DNA from: Felis catus
Lineage: Eukaryota
Assembly: GCF_018350175.1 (NCBI RefSeq)
Contig: NC_058368.1
Coordinates: 228,038,001 to 228,102,000 of the forward strand
Direction of reading: 5' to 3'
Length of the DNA: 64,000 nt
The translations under genes and the position numbers were made by a program. Under the pieces are notes generated by a model. It searched no databases. It had not been told where the DNA came from and saw only the letters and a program-made list of their open reading frames with translations. Below are positions 36,301-51,305 of the stretch, piece after piece; position 1 is the stretch's first letter, and every line of letters begins with the position of its first letter.

Positions 36301-39300
36301 TGAACAAGCAAGGATGACAGAGGAATTCTAGAAGAAGAAAAGACACATGAGTAGATGAGTGGGCAATATGGCGCACGTAGAGCTAGAAGGATGTTAAGGG
36401 TCAGTGCCAGCGCAGGAGGAGGGGGCAATTCGAATATGTGCAGAGTCACAGGAAGCCTCCTGAGGGAGATGCATTCGAGCCAGTCCTTGACGTCTTGAGT
36501 CAGAGAGAGGCAGGCTGAGAGAGCCAGAGCCGGGAAACCAGTTAGAGGAAGGACAGTGTGAGAAAACCAAGCGAGACACAGCGGTCCCCAGTGACCATAA
36601 TCCTGATTTCACCACTGCAGTTTGGCCGTGTACATTTTTTTTTTTTTTTTGAAAAAAGAAAAGTGCTTCATCCCTTGTATTCACTTTTATTTTTTCCAAA
36701 GAGGACCTGGAATTGCTGCTTGACAGAGTCAACGATCTGATGGAGTTTCGCATTGATGCCATTCTGGAAGACATGAGCAGCACGCCGCTTTGCCGGCTTC
36801 CCCAGGAGGAGCCACTTACCTGCGCCGAGTTCCTCCAGATGACAAAGGTTATTAGGAGATTGATGTTTTTATTAAAAATTTTAAAATAAAGGGCATGTTT
36901 CGAAGCATAAATTACACATTTTTCTTCTGTCTGTAATTGGTCTGTGATAGGTGTGATCAAACGCAGAGCTTTCTGGCAGTAATTTGAAAACGAAGAGGAA
37001 CGTATCTAAGGAGTCACTTAGACACGAAGAGCAGATCATTTCTTTTCAGACCAGTAGGAGGGGAAATTACCATGGGACGCATTTCTCGTTTTTTCCATAT
37101 TTTTTGAAAAATAGAGCTATTTTGTTGAAGAGCTTCCAGTATGCTAGTGCTAATTAATAAGGCGATTGTTTTAAATACCTTCAGGACAGAATTTCTTCCT
37201 TAAACATTTCTGTGGAGCACTGCTCCCCAAACAGGTGTCCAATGGTGCACAGTTCCAGAGTCACTGCCAGGAAACCGGGAAAGCTGGGTCTGGGTGCAGA
37301 TTGCTCGGGGTAAGGACCGTTCCCCCAGTTACCCTGGCAGCTTCTTCACTCATTAACATATTCAAATAACAGCTTTCAGAAGGTCTCCTGGGAGAGCCTT
37401 TGTAACTTGCTTTGACCCATTATTTCTTACACTTTTTTTTTTTTTTTTGGAACACTTTCTTCCTTATACCAGGATTAAGATCCTACAAACAGTGTTCCAT
37501 GAATTGGCCCTTTGGAAATGAGACTTTGGCATCACTGCAGTGTTCTCTATGGGCATCCTGATTATGAGAATTCATCAGTGATGATTTTGATATGGTATGT
37601 CAGTAGTCCTCAAGACCACCTCCGCTAGAAGGATGATTTATAAGAATGGCCGATTAAGGGATGTCTGAACGGCTCAGTTGGTTGAGTGTCAGACTTCGGC
37701 TCGGGTCACGATCTCACAGTTCATGGGTTTGAGCCCTCCATCGGGCTCGCTGCTGTCAGCACGGAGCACACTTCAGATCCTCTGTCCCCTGCTCTCTCTC
37801 TCTGCCCCTCCCCACTCTCTGTCTGTCTCTCTCAAAATAAATAAACTTAAAAAAACAAAAAAGAATGGAAGATTGGTAAGAAAGACTCCTGGGAGTCAGC
37901 ACCTACTTGCACTAAAGACTGAGATGTACTAGAGTGATATAGTAAAGACACCCAGGCCATAGGGAAACGAGGTGGTGGGGGGTTGGAGGAATGCATGTGT
38001 GCATTCCCTATGCTCCCTCACTCTCATGAGGGGCCACACAGAGCTTACTCTCTCTCTAGCAACAAAAACGCAGAAACCTGTTTGCAACATTTCTGCTCAG
38101 GGAAGTCCATGAGAAACTCAGTGCCCAAGCTTTTTATTGGGTGTGGGCACATAGGCACCGTCTGCTTAGCATGGACCAAAATCCCAGGTATCCAGAAGGA
38201 AAACAGGTATGCAGCATAAACCACACTGTTTGCACAGGCCGTGTAGGCGCAGTGAGCCAGTCTTAACAGCTGGGGAGCCGTGGGAACCTTCCCCAAATCC
38301 AGGCCCCCAGACACCAGCCAAAGACCAACGTCCCAAGCAGAATAGTAGTCTCAGTCCCGTCCCGGTAACACATGTTACCTTTTCTGCATATGTGGTAATC
38401 TTCAGTTTACATTAAATTACTACTAGATAACCAAAATTAAATGTCAGCATTTTAGAAATTCCTATTTCTTCCTTCTCTCAGACTCACCAGCTGTGTCTAG
38501 ACCCCAAACTCCCCCTGTCCGCGCGCCCCTGCTCATTTGTCATGCTCTTGCCCTCTGAGAAATCACTTAGCTTCATGGTTTTAATGTTACCCCTATTCTT
38601 AGGATTATTCTATAAAAATACATTTCTTTTAAATTTAAGCACAGGCTTTTAAAAATGGGAAAAATATTTTTATTTATTTATTTATTTATTTTTTATCATT
38701 TAGACCGTGCTTGTTACAGTTTGGGTATACGGACTATTTTATATGCCTCTCAGTAAAGTTGTGATCCCCTGCTACACGTGCAGCAGATTTAGATTTGTTT
38801 TTTATTATCTATTTATTTATTTTTTAAAAATTTATTTAGACAGAGCACACAAGCAGGGGAGAGGCAGAAAGAGAATCCCAAGCAGACTCCACATTGTTAG
38901 TGCAGAGCCTGACACAGGGCTCGAACTCGCAAAGTGTGATTCATTATCTGAGCTGAAATCAAGGGTCAGACACTTAACCAACTGAGCCACCCAGGTGCCT
39001 CATATTTTGATTAAAAAAATAGTTTTTTAAAGTAATCTTTATACCCAACATGGGGCTCGAACTCACAACCCTGAGATCAAGAGTCGCATGTTCCAATGAC
39101 TGAGCCAGCCAGGTGCCCCTCCAGCAGATTTTGAATAGTGTTTTTCTCTCCCACTTAACGTTTTTTCAAGAACTGTTTTTCATGTTGCTATGTGGCTTTT
39201 ATAGCCACCATTTTAATGATGCCTTCAAAATATTCTATTGAGTTCATGTACTTTAATTTACTTACTCATTCCCTGTTGCTGGACATTTGGGTGGTTTCCA

Positions 39301-41735
39301 AAGTTTTGCTGTTTTGCCAAGAGCTGCAATGAATATATTTATATGTATCATGTTTTCCCCTTTAGGACTATTTCTTTCTTCAAAGCAAAATTATTGCATC
39401 AAAGAATGTGGCTTCATTTAACAGCTCTTAATATTTGTAGCCAACTTGCTTTTCAAAAGGATGGCATCGGCTTCCAATGCCATCGGCAACGTAATGGTAC
39501 CAATTTCACTATCTTTCAACAGATACTGTTTTATAATAATAGTAATAAATTATAACAGAGATTTTATTATAAGTTATATAATAAAACAACACATTTATTA
39601 TAAATAAAATATAATAAATTTATTGAAATAAATAATTTGAAATTATTATAACTTATTCATTTCAGTTTAAGTAGCAGAATCATAGAACCTAATCTTAATT
39701 TGCATTTTGCTTACCAAAATGAGTGATTACCAATGAAGGGAATGCTTTCTCTTGAATTTGTTTGCTTTTTTAAAAAAGTTTATTTATTTTGAGAGAGAGT
39801 GAGAGAGAGAGAACGCGTGCATGCTCACGAGCGAGGGAGGGACAGAGAGACGGGGAGAGAGAGAATCCCAAGCAGGCTCCATGCTGTCAGCGCAGAGCCC
39901 AACACACGGCTCGATTCCAAAAACTGTAAGATCATGACCTGAGCCGAAACCAAGAGTCGGAGGCTTAACCAGCTGAACCACCCAGACGCCCCAGAATTTA
40001 TTTACTTGGGGATACAGCAATGAGCAAGACAGATGAAATCCCTGCCTTCATGGAGCCCGTTTTCAAGTTCAGGATTCAGAAGAGCAAATAAACAAAAAAG
40101 CCAGTAACCCAACAAGTTAGGAGGTGATAAGCTCAGTGGAAAAAAACTAAGAGGGTAATGAAGAAAAGGAGTATCTGATAGACAGTTGTGATTTATGTTG
40201 ATGGGCAGGGATGACTTCTGCTATTACATTTGAGCAGAGGAAATGAGGGAGAAAGCCTTGGGAATAACTTTGGGGAAGAGAATTCCAGGCAGAGGGAACA
40301 ATAAATGCCCTGAGGCAGAAACTTGTTATGGTAGCTGGAGGAATATGTTGCGTTAAAAGTTCACCGAGTATGCTCTTATGCTGAGGGGGAAGGAGAAAGG
40401 GAATGACTAGTAAGTATGTGTCTGGGAAGCAGGGGAGTCTGTGATTTAGAACTCACGTTGTGTGATTATTCTTAAACAGAAGGGGACATACCGCATTCAC
40501 TGATAAAGGATAAGGGGTTAATGATAGAGGCCAGTTTATCTTCTGGGTGAGGGCATGGGGTCAGGGATTTGCGTGAGTCCCCACCTCTTGGCCTTTATTT
40601 GCTTTGTGCTGTAAAAATCAAGGTCACTGGCTGAGTATATGGAAGAGGACAGTGTAAAGAGTTGAGGATACAGCTATTATGGGGCCTGGTAGAAGAATGT
40701 GACTGTAGTCCTGTAGAATGATTCTGGGTAGCATTAGGGGCCTGACTGAATTTGGGGACCACATTCCCAGTGCCAAGTACGTGCGTTGCCTTGACTTGTC
40801 TATGCAAGTGGAAAGGGTTGGTTACCTGGTTCATGTGGGTTGGGCTTCTCCGGGCTGTGGCAGTGGAAGGCTGAGGGAGTGATGGAGGTAAGGATATTGA
40901 TGAAAGAATGGTTGAAGTGAGAAAGCAAGTCATTAGGAAAGGGTGTGTACAGTGAAAGGATTTAGGATACAGACTCTAAAAAATATTAGTGCTCTCTCAG
41001 AAAATAAGGAGCTCATTTATATGGAATGAGATTAGCAAGTTTGGCAAATGTAGGTCCTGTGGTTATGTGTGCTTTGCTGACCAGTAATAAAAACAAACAC
41101 TTCCTGAGTACTTACTTTGTGCCAGGCACTATTCTAGTATTTTACATACATTAGCTTATGGAATATTCCCAATAGCATAAGGTAGGTTCTACGATAATCA
41201 CCACTTAATTTTCAGATTGGGAGTCAAAGATTTCCCAGAACTAGGATCTGAACCCAGGAATTTTGGTGCTGGAGTCTCTACTTGTTACTAGATGGTACTA
41301 ACTCTATCTCATCCCTTACCCAATCTCCGACCTGCCTCTTTTTCATAATTGTCTCAAGGCTAGGGATAGAGATTGGTAGTTGGGTGAAGTTGTGAGTTGG
41401 GAGTGAAGTTCTTATTTTATGCTTTATTTGATGATAAAGAAGTTTAATAGTTTATTTCAGGACACATCAGAAAGTTCCTATGTAAATGGTATCAAAATGC
41501 CATGTGCCCTGCAGCAGCGGAGTGGAGGTGAAGGTCATTGGTGATGAGGAGGTAAATGAGCCGTGAAGCTGACGTTTGGAGTAGATGGTCCATGAGCACA
41601 TTAGAAGAGTTTCAAGATGAGTAATGGTGGGCCTTGGAAAGGAACCAGAGACTGTGACCAACTAACAGGGTCTATTATTGCATGGACTTATTGTCCAACT
41701 AGGTGGTAAATTGCTGACTGTCTACATCATCTGTC

Positions 41736-41773
<38 letters not shown>

Positions 41774-44700
41774 ATCTATCTATCTGTATCTATCACCCTA
41801 CAGAACTGATCATAGTGCCCCAATCATTATTAGTTTATATTTGTTAAATCTCATTCTTGAGAAACATGGAATCTCACGAGAGGGGAGTGGAATATCTGAA
41901 ATTAATTAGGAGCTGACTATGGCTTATTGTCAAAGGTGAGGAGAGAAAGAAGGCTGACTAGAGCAGATTGATGTGAAATAAAGGAAGCTTCATGGACAGA
42001 GAGGCTGATGATAAGCATTTGGAGGTATTTTCTTTACTGTTGGAGAAGTAAGTATAATTTTGGTCTACCTGAGCTGATCAAGTTGGCTTCTTATCTTTAA
42101 TGCATTCTTTTACATGCCTGCCAGGATTAATGTGAGGGGTGTGGCCCTGCATTATTGGAGGCCAAAATCCAATCTAGAGGCTAAATCTATGGCATTACTA
42201 CTGGTACTGATATGGTCTTAAGAGTTAAACAGGGGTGCCTGGGTGGCTCAGTTGGTTTAGTGTCCAACTTCAGCTCAGATCATGATCTCATGGTTTGTGA
42301 GTTTGAGCCCCGTGTTGGGCTCTGTGCTGACAGCTCAGAGCCTGGAGCCTACTTTGGAGTCTGTCTCTGCTCCTCTCCTGCTCACACTCTGTCTCTCTTT
42401 CTCAAAAAACAAAAAATAAATGAACATTAGAAAAAAAAGAACTAGATAAACAAATATGACACTGTTTTTCTTTTTCTTCTTCTTTTTTTTTTTTTTTGGT
42501 AGGACCTTTGTGTCAATGGTGCTCAGGTACTAAATTTTAAAAGCTCATTAGTGGAGGAAGCAGTGAATGAACTAATAAATATGTTGCTGGATGTGGAAGT
42601 TCTGTCCAAAGAAGAAAGTGACAAAGTATCTAATGTAAATAGTGCTGATTCAAAAAACGAAAGTTCAGGTAAGAGATGGGGTAATGGAAGGGTCTTACTT
42701 GTCCAAGGGCATTACTGAAAACTAAAATTTCATTTGCTATATATCAGTTACTTTCACACTTCTGTAAACACTCTCCCAATTTTATAAGGACATTTATAAA
42801 TCTGAAGTTATGATTCTGAGCCTATTGTCATTAGTCCCATTATTTTTTTTGTGAAATTCTACAAGCATGTACCTTGTCAGTAGGGTAGGATGGATGACGG
42901 ATTGGAATTCCCATTAGAGGATCTCTGTCTATCCTAAAGCAAACCTTTCGTGGGGATGAGGACACTGACAGGCAGAGAAGGAAAGTGATTCCTCCGAGGC
43001 TTTATGGCTGTTGATAGAAGAGAGAGCATCAGAACCCAGGTCCCTGAGGCCCCGTCTTGCTTTTTCAGCCATAGCTCAGGCCTCTCCTGTTTCCTCACAC
43101 TGTGGAGCAGAGAGGCCTCCAATAACCCATGTGGTGCCCCAATTTCCTCTTCCTCACTTTCTAGGAAATCTGACGTCTAAGTATGATTAAACTTGCTCGT
43201 AATTTATCTTATCTCTTCAATTGTGATAGATGGTTCTCTTTCTTTCCATCTCCATCCATCTTCTCATCTTGTAACAGCAAAGAGAGAAGGAAATTCCGAC
43301 ACCTTGACGTCATCCCTCAAGGCCCCGGCAGGCCTCTTGCCTTTGGCGACAATCCTGAGAAAGAAGAAGGAGACTGAGATATTAGAAGAGGAAGCCTGCG
43401 GGTTACTCTCCCATTTTAACCATCTAAACACGGATGCGCTTCTGAAAGTTACAAGAAACGCACTGGAGGCCATCCGCAAGCGCATTCATTCCTGCAACAT
43501 GGTGAACTTCAGGGGTAATAATTCTGCACAGCTTGCCTACTGGCGGGTCGGGCATGGTTGCTGCTTGTGTGTATATTCCTGCTATTTGTAAATCATTAAA
43601 AAAAATCCACCATTTACTAACAACCTCCGTGTAAGTTTATACTTTATGAACTTTGATTATGCCAATAATTCTGTGAAGTAGGTCTTATTAATCCATACTT
43701 TCCAAAACAGAAAATGTTTTTACTATTTTTGGGTCAATTTGCTACTTTCCAGCTAGTTTGCTCATTCTTAATACAATCATCCTGTCCTCAGCACAGTTCA
43801 GAAACACATGTTGTGTTCCCAGATGAGCCACAAAAATCCATCAAATCTAGAGACATTCTGCAATTACATTTGAAATTAAAAATTAAAATAAAATATTAAT
43901 TAGAATAGAAAAATAATAGGGCAGTAAACCCTTTTTATTTATTTTGAATATTGGCATTTAAGGGGAAGCGTCTTTAATAATTAAAAGTAGATGAGTAAAA
44001 GTGGATACATTGAAGGGATTTTTTGATTGGTAGCATGGTTTATTATGCTTTATTTCACTTTGGAAGGGAAGATAATCCTTTTATTTAACACCAGGGTATT
44101 ATTAGAACTTATCAAGCGTTGGTTGATATGCTGAGTATTAAATCACATGTGTTTCCAACTGTATATATTGCAGGTATTTCCAACTATATAAAGTTACAGA
44201 CACACATGCACACACACACCCCCACATTTATATATCTATGCTATGCTGATACTTACACCTACATGCAACTTTAAAAGCCCCTTAGTTATAAATGGTGAGT
44301 TACACCTTATTTCTTCTCCACTCTTTCACTGCTCCCAGTTTGGATTATACACACTGTGGTAGAAAAGTGTTTTATTTGAAATTTTCCCAACTGGTTATGT
44401 GCTCTGACTTTGCCTTATTCTGATAGTTATTCTTGTTCTTCATGCCTTGCTTCCTTATTCTCCATTTAACATTTAATTTGGTGGCATGGTGGTATGTGAA
44501 CAGCATCCTTCTCAGTATTTTGGCTAACAGTTTACATATTTAAGCCTGATCCCACATAGTGGGTGTCCGTTATGGAGGGGGCACCAGTGGCTTGCATCAG
44601 TAGAAAATGTGTCGGTCCCACTGAACTGTTGTTATGTTGGATAAAACGAGTTAGTGTTCATTCATCTACCAAATATTTGTCTGATTATATATATCTATTA

Positions 44701-47700
44701 TGTATTGTTCTAGGTGCTTTAATTTTTCCAGCTTAAAATGAAATAAAACCCATTTTAAATAAAAAATAGTAAGGCTTCCCTCTTTTGTGTTAACTCAGAC
44801 AGTAACAGTACATCGAAGAGGAAGCAGAACAGTCTGCCCATTTTCCGGGCGGACATCACTCTGGCCATTCCCAACATTGCCATGGCCCCTGCCCTGGAAG
44901 ACATACAGCAGACGCTGAACAAAGCTGTGGAGTGCATCGTCAATGTCACCAAGGGCATTAGACAGTGGAGCAGCGAGCTGTTGTCTAAGGTGGGTGTGGG
45001 TGAAGGAATCATTTCATATGGAAGATTCTTCTGTTATGGATGGGGCTGAGCTGAAGAATATCCTTTCACTTTGTAGAAAAAGATGCAGGAAAGAACAATG
45101 GCTGCTTTGCAGAATAATGAAGACAGTGATTCTGATGCTGAAATTGGAGAAAATGAACCTCAAGGTAAATGTTCCTTTAGTCCTTTTTAACCAGTCATTG
45201 AAAACCAACATTGATGGAGCTAAAATGTATTTTCCCTCCGTGCAATTCTTAAATCGGTGTTGATTGGAATATAAATCTATGAGCCAGTTTTAAGTTAATA
45301 TAATATGAAGGTCCACGTATTTTAATATCGCCATTATAAATGGTATATATTTAGTGTATACATCACAGATATGGCTGCCTCGCTGATTTCTGGTCCCTGG
45401 TAATGAAAAGAACAGGGGGACAAGGAAGACTTTAGTCTCACAGTTTAAAGAGAAACTTGTCATCATTGCGATGAATATTTTGTGACGTTTAAGAGATAGT
45501 TTGTATTTTAACCCAGTATGTGTCCTGTTGTGCTAATGTGTTGTGATTTTTGCCGTATGTCTCATGGTTTTCATTTATAGTCCGTAAAATCAGAGAACAT
45601 ATGATATCCAGTTGCTAACGATATTAAATGTTGTCTTTAGTCCTGCAAACTCTTTCTACAGCAACCCTGCAAAAGGGAGACGCCATGTAATTTTCAATTA
45701 TTATTTATATTCCTGCATGGTAAATCAGCTAACCATCACAAGAAACCGAAACAGGTACCTCTTTGAGATAGTCTGTCACTGAGAAAGAGAAAGATAGCTC
45801 AGAACAGTGTTGCCCACAACTTACAATAGTATTTATTGAAGCTAAAAAAAAAAAAAGCGTATGTTATTGTGTTAACTTCAACTTTTATATTATTTGGAAA
45901 CACTGCTTTACTTCCTAAAATAGTCTAAAATGCAGAATTTTCTAAACTCAGAATATGCTCAGTCATGAATTATGTCTAAAATGGAGAAGAAAAAATGTTT
46001 AATGAAAAGTTGCCTGTATGTGTTTGTCATGACAAATGAATTAAAAAAATAAGCTGCATTAGAAAAAAATAACAGTTTTGAGATATAACTTACATAAAAT
46101 GTGTCCTTTATTTATTTAAGAATTTATCCTTTTAACGTGTACAGTTTGGTGGTTTTAGTATATTCACAGAGTTGTATGCCCATCACCCACTATTTAATTT
46201 TAGACCATTTTTATCACTCCCCATCCCCCTCCCCCCAGCCCCTGGGAATGACCGACCTACTTTGTCTTTATGGATTTGCTTGCTCTGGACATTTGATATA
46301 AATGGAATCATACTGTACATGGTCTTTGTGACTTCCTTTATTTAGCATAACACTTTCTTTTTCTTAAAAAATTTTTTTTAATGTTTATTTATTACTTTGA
46401 GAGAGAGAAAGACAGAGCAAAAGCAGGGGGGATGAACAGAGAGAGAGGGAGACACAGAATCCGAAGCAGGCTCCAGGCTCTGAGCTGTCAGCACAGAGCC
46501 CGACACGGGACTCGAACCCACAAACCTTGAGATCATGACCTGAGCCGAAGTCAGACACTTAACTGACTGAGCCACCCCGGCGCCCCTTGCATGGTATTTT
46601 CAAGGTTCATGTGGTAGCAAAATGTTAGTACTTCATTTCTTTTTATTGCTGAGTCATATTCCATTGTATGGACATGCCACATTTTCCTGATGCATCCGTT
46701 AGTTGAGCATTTGGGTTATTTCTGCTTTTGGACACTTATGCATAATACTGCTGTGAACATCTGCGTAGAGTTTTTGTACAGACATGTTTTGTTTTCATTT
46801 CCGTTGGGTCTGTACCGAGGAGTGGCATGGCTGAGTCCGCAGGGTAACTTTATGCGTGACATTCTGAGGACGTGCCAAACTGTTTTCCAGAGCAGTCGTG
46901 CCATTTTCCACCCCCACCAGCGGTGTGTCAGGCTTCCGCAAAAGCCCCGGGCACCCTCACCAGCCCTTGTCTGCTTTGGTTGTAGCCATTCTCGCAGGGG
47001 TAAAGTGGCACCTCAGTGGGGGTTAGATTTGCCCTCCCCTAATGACTAATGATGTTGAGCATCTTATGTGGTTTTTGGCCATTTGTATATCTTGTTTGGA
47101 GAAATGTCTATTCAGATTTTTTGCCCATGTTTTAAAATATTGGATTATTTGGGGTGCCTGGGTGGCTCAGTCGGTTGGGCGTCCAACTTCAGCCCAGTTC
47201 ACGATCTCGCGGTCCGTGAGTTCAAGCCACGCGTCGGGCTCTGGGCTGATGGCTCGGAGCCTGGAGCCTGCTTACGATTCTGTGTCTCCCTCTCTCTCTG
47301 CCCCTCCCCCATTCATGCTCTGTCTCAAAAATAAATAAACGTTAAAAAAAAAAGATTTAAAATATTGGATTGTTTGTCTTTTCATTGGTGAGCTGTAACA
47401 GTTAATTACCTCAATACAATATCATAATTTGCAAATATTTTCTCCATTCTGTGGGTTGTCTTTCACTTAATGGTTTCTTTGAAAGTATAGATGTTTTAAT
47501 TTTGATTAAGTCCAATTTAGCTGCCTTTTTTTTTTTTTTTTTGGTGCTTTTGATTTTATATTTAAAAAAGGGTTGTGGGGGGTGTGGTGCCTGGGTGGCT
47601 CAGTCTGTGAAGCATCCAATGCCCTGTTTTGGGCTCCCCGCTGCAGAGGTTGGGATTCTCTCTCTTCCTCTCTCTCTCTGCCCCTCCCTCACTCGTACTC

Positions 47701-49158
47701 TCTCTCTCTCTCTCAAAATAAATAAACTTAAGAGAAAAAAAGAAACAGGGGCGCCTAGTTGGCTCAGTGAGTGAAGCCTCCTACTCTAGCTCAGGTCATG
47801 ATCTTGCAGTCTGTGGGTTCGAGCCCCACGTTGGGCTCTGTGCTGACAGCTCAAAGCCTGGAGCCTGCTTCGGATTCTATGTCTCCCTCTCTCTCTGTGC
47901 CTCCTCTGCTTATACTCTCACTCTCTCTCAAAAATAAATAAAAACATTAAAAAAAAAAAAAAAGAAGAAGAAGCAGTTGTGGGGCACCTGCCTGGTTCAG
48001 TTGGTGGAGCATGTGATTCTTGATCTCTGGGGTAATGAGTTCGAGCCCCATGTTGGGTACAGAGATTGGTTAAAAATAAAATCTTAAAAAAAAAGAAAAA
48101 AAAAAGAAAAAAAGAAACTGTTGCTTCACCTAAGGTCATGAAGGTTTACTGCTATGTTTTTTATTTTTTTAACATATTTTATAGTTTTAACTGTTATATT
48201 TCGGCCTGTGATCCATTTTGAGTGAAATAGGATTTCAAATTCACTTTTTGCCTGTGGATATTCACTTGTGACAGTACCATTTATTGAAAAGACTGTTTTT
48301 TCCCAGCTGCATTTTCTTGGGACCTTTGTTAAGAATCAGTTGACCATAAATGTAAAAGTAAGCATTTATTTTTGTACCCTTGCTTTTATTTCATTGATCT
48401 TCTGCACCACCCTGTCTTGGTTACTGAAGCTTTGAAGTAAGTTTTGAAGTTGGAAAATGAATCTTCCAACATTTTCCTTTTTCAAGGTTGTTGATGACTA
48501 TTCTGGGTCCCTAGTATTTCCATATGAATTTTAGAATCAGCTTGTGAATTTCTACAGAAAAAGGCAGCTGTGATTTTTATAGGCATTGTGCTGAATTACA
48601 GAGTATTGAAATGAAATTTGAAAGGATTCAAATAATGCAAAGTACATTCTCCCACCGTATTGTAAAAATCAGTTACAGGAGATTTGGGAAATTCCCAAAT
48701 ACATAAAAATTAAATAACACAGTCTGAAATAACCAATGAGCCAAAGAAGAAATCACAAAGGAAATTGGGAAGTACTTTTAGGATGAAAGCAAAGGAAAAC
48801 ACAAAATACCAGAACTTATGAAATGTAGTTGCAATAGCCCTTGGAAGGAAATTTATAATCTTAAACATGGACATTAAAAAAGAAGAAATACCTTAAATCC
48901 ATAACCTAGTCTTCTGTCTTAACAAAACTCTTTTCAAGGTCACTATTTTTTTCTTCTAGAGACTGTAATCTGTTGAGCCCCTCTTGTGAATTCTCATTTC
49001 ATTTATGTTCTCCTCAATCTCAGAATTTGCATTCAACTCTTTTGTATTTCTATTTCATTATTGCTATTCTTTATTTTGTGAGACATGATTCTCACACTTT
49101 CTTTTTTTTTTTTTTAAAGTTTATTTATTTATTTTGAGAGAGAGAGACAGAGAGAGAA

Positions 49159-49223
<65 letters not shown>

Positions 49224-51251
49224 CAAGCAGGCTCTGCCCTGTCAATGCAGAGCCCAGTGTGGGACTCAAACTCAGGAACCGTTCGTAAGATCATGACCTG
49301 AGTCGAAATCAAGAATTGAAGGCTTAACTGACTGAGCCACCCAGGTGCCCCTTCTTTAATTCTTTAGTTAGGGTTTTCTATTATTCCCTGAACACATTTA
49401 TAACAGCTGATATACACATTTTTGTCTAGTAATTCCAATAGTTGGGTTTTCTCATGTAGAGTTTCTATTCACTGCTGTTGTTCCTGTGTGTGGGGACTGC
49501 TATTTTGTATCTTTGCATGGCTGACCATTCTTATTTTTGTTAAAAACTTGATATTTTAAAGAATAGAATGTGGCACCTTTGAAAATCTGGCTGTCTTGTC
49601 CCCAGTCTGTTGTTGTTGTCACTGTTTGTTTCTTTATTGACTTTATGGACTCTCCTGGACTAATTCTGTAGAATTTGCCTTTCCTGTGGTGTGCACAGCT
49701 GGAGTTTCTCGTTAGTTTCATGGTCAGCTAACAATTGCCTAGAGATTTCCTTAATCCTCTGAACCAGTAAGTCTTACACCCTTCGCCTAGGGGATGGTAT
49801 GTTGGCTGGAGTACCTGACGGCTCAGGAAGTTTTCAGGACTGCCTTAGCCTTTATTTACTGATTGTGCGAGGCCCTGAGTTCAGACAAAGTAAAAGATTA
49901 GGGCATTTTAGGTCTTTCCTGGGCATGTGCACAGCTCTGTACATATGCATGACTTTTAGAGCCCCAGGGGATCACGACTTTACAACACCCTCTGTGGATA
50001 TCTATCTCATTCCTCAGATCTTTAATTTTTTTGGCCAACCTCTTGTTTATCTCAACGAGTACCATTGTCTCAGGCATCTGTGAAGTTAATTGTTACTGCT
50101 CGTTTTTTTCTAATAAATGCTTTGGTGATAGGGGTTTTGTTTGTTTGTTTTTGTTTTTTGTTTTTTTACCCAGTGAATTCTGAGTCAAGTCAAATAAAGA
50201 TAAACTCTGGATGGGGCTTTTCTAGAGAACATCACGATGAGTCAAATACTCACAATTCTCTGGGGCTTCTTGAGGGGCTCCAAAGCCAGTCTGGCTCCTG
50301 GGTGATGCTAAGCTGTGGCTGTGTTTCTCAAGGCAAACATATTGCCAAAGAGGGGGCAATGGACCTAGGGAAGTTAAAACACCTCGAAATTCACTATGGT
50401 TGCCAAGATTTTAGCATTTTTTCTTTTTTTTATAATTAAAAATTTTTTAAATATTTATTTTTGAGAGAGAGGCAGAGCATAGTGGGGGAGGGGAAGAGAG
50501 AGAGGGAGACACAGTATGCGAAGCAGGCTCCAGGCTCTAAGCTGTCAGCACAGAGCCCAACATGGGGCTTGAACTCACGGACTGCGAGATCATGACCTGA
50601 GCTGAAGTTGGATGCTCAACTGACTGAGCCACTCAGGCGCCCCTTAGCATTTCTTCTTAAATAAAGAAACACTACTTGGATTCTTGCAAGCTTTGGGTAA
50701 TGTCCAGAGTCCTGAAAAATTGATATTGACAAGTTTTCAATTGCTTTTTACAAAGAAGCAGATTGTCAGAGGTCCTTACTTTATAGAAATTTCTTCCTTA
50801 CAGGAATCCCTTCGTCTTTTTATTTTATTTATTTTCAAAAATTTTTTAATTAAAAATTTTTTTTATTTAATTTTTTTACTTTAATTTTTTATTTTTTTAA
50901 ATTTACATCCACATTAGTTAGCATATAGTGCAACAATGATTTCAGGAGTAGATTCCGTAGTGCCCCTTACGCATTTAGCCCATCCCCCCTCCCCCAAACG
51001 CTCCAGCAACCCTCGGTTTGTTCTCCATATTTATGAGTCTCTTCTGTTTTGTCCCCCTCCCTGTTTTCATATTCTTTTTGTTTCCCTTCCCTTATGTTCA
51101 TCTGTTTTGTCTCTTAAAGTCCTCATATGAGGGAAGTCATATGATTTTTGTCTTTCTCTGACTAATTTCACTTAGCATAATACCCTCCAGTTCCATCCAC
51201 ATAGTTGCAAATGGCAAGATTTCATTCTTTTTGATTGCTGAGTAATACTCC

Positions 51252-51305
<54 letters not shown>

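Noticed and set aside
36394..36960. 188-aa minus-strand ORF (also 7508-7738, 27749-28109, 44755-45012, 63006-63385)
   Set aside because: Antisense shadows of DNAH5 exons with no recognisable protein features or independent gene structure.
37328..37341. RFX X-box-like GTTACCCTGGCAGC, attractive for a ciliary gene
   Set aside because: One half-site is mismatched, it lies deep in an intron, and such matches are expected by chance in 64 kb.
44990..45076. In-frame retention of the 87-nt intron 20
   Set aside because: The length is a multiple of 3, but the frame meets TGA after 19 codons.
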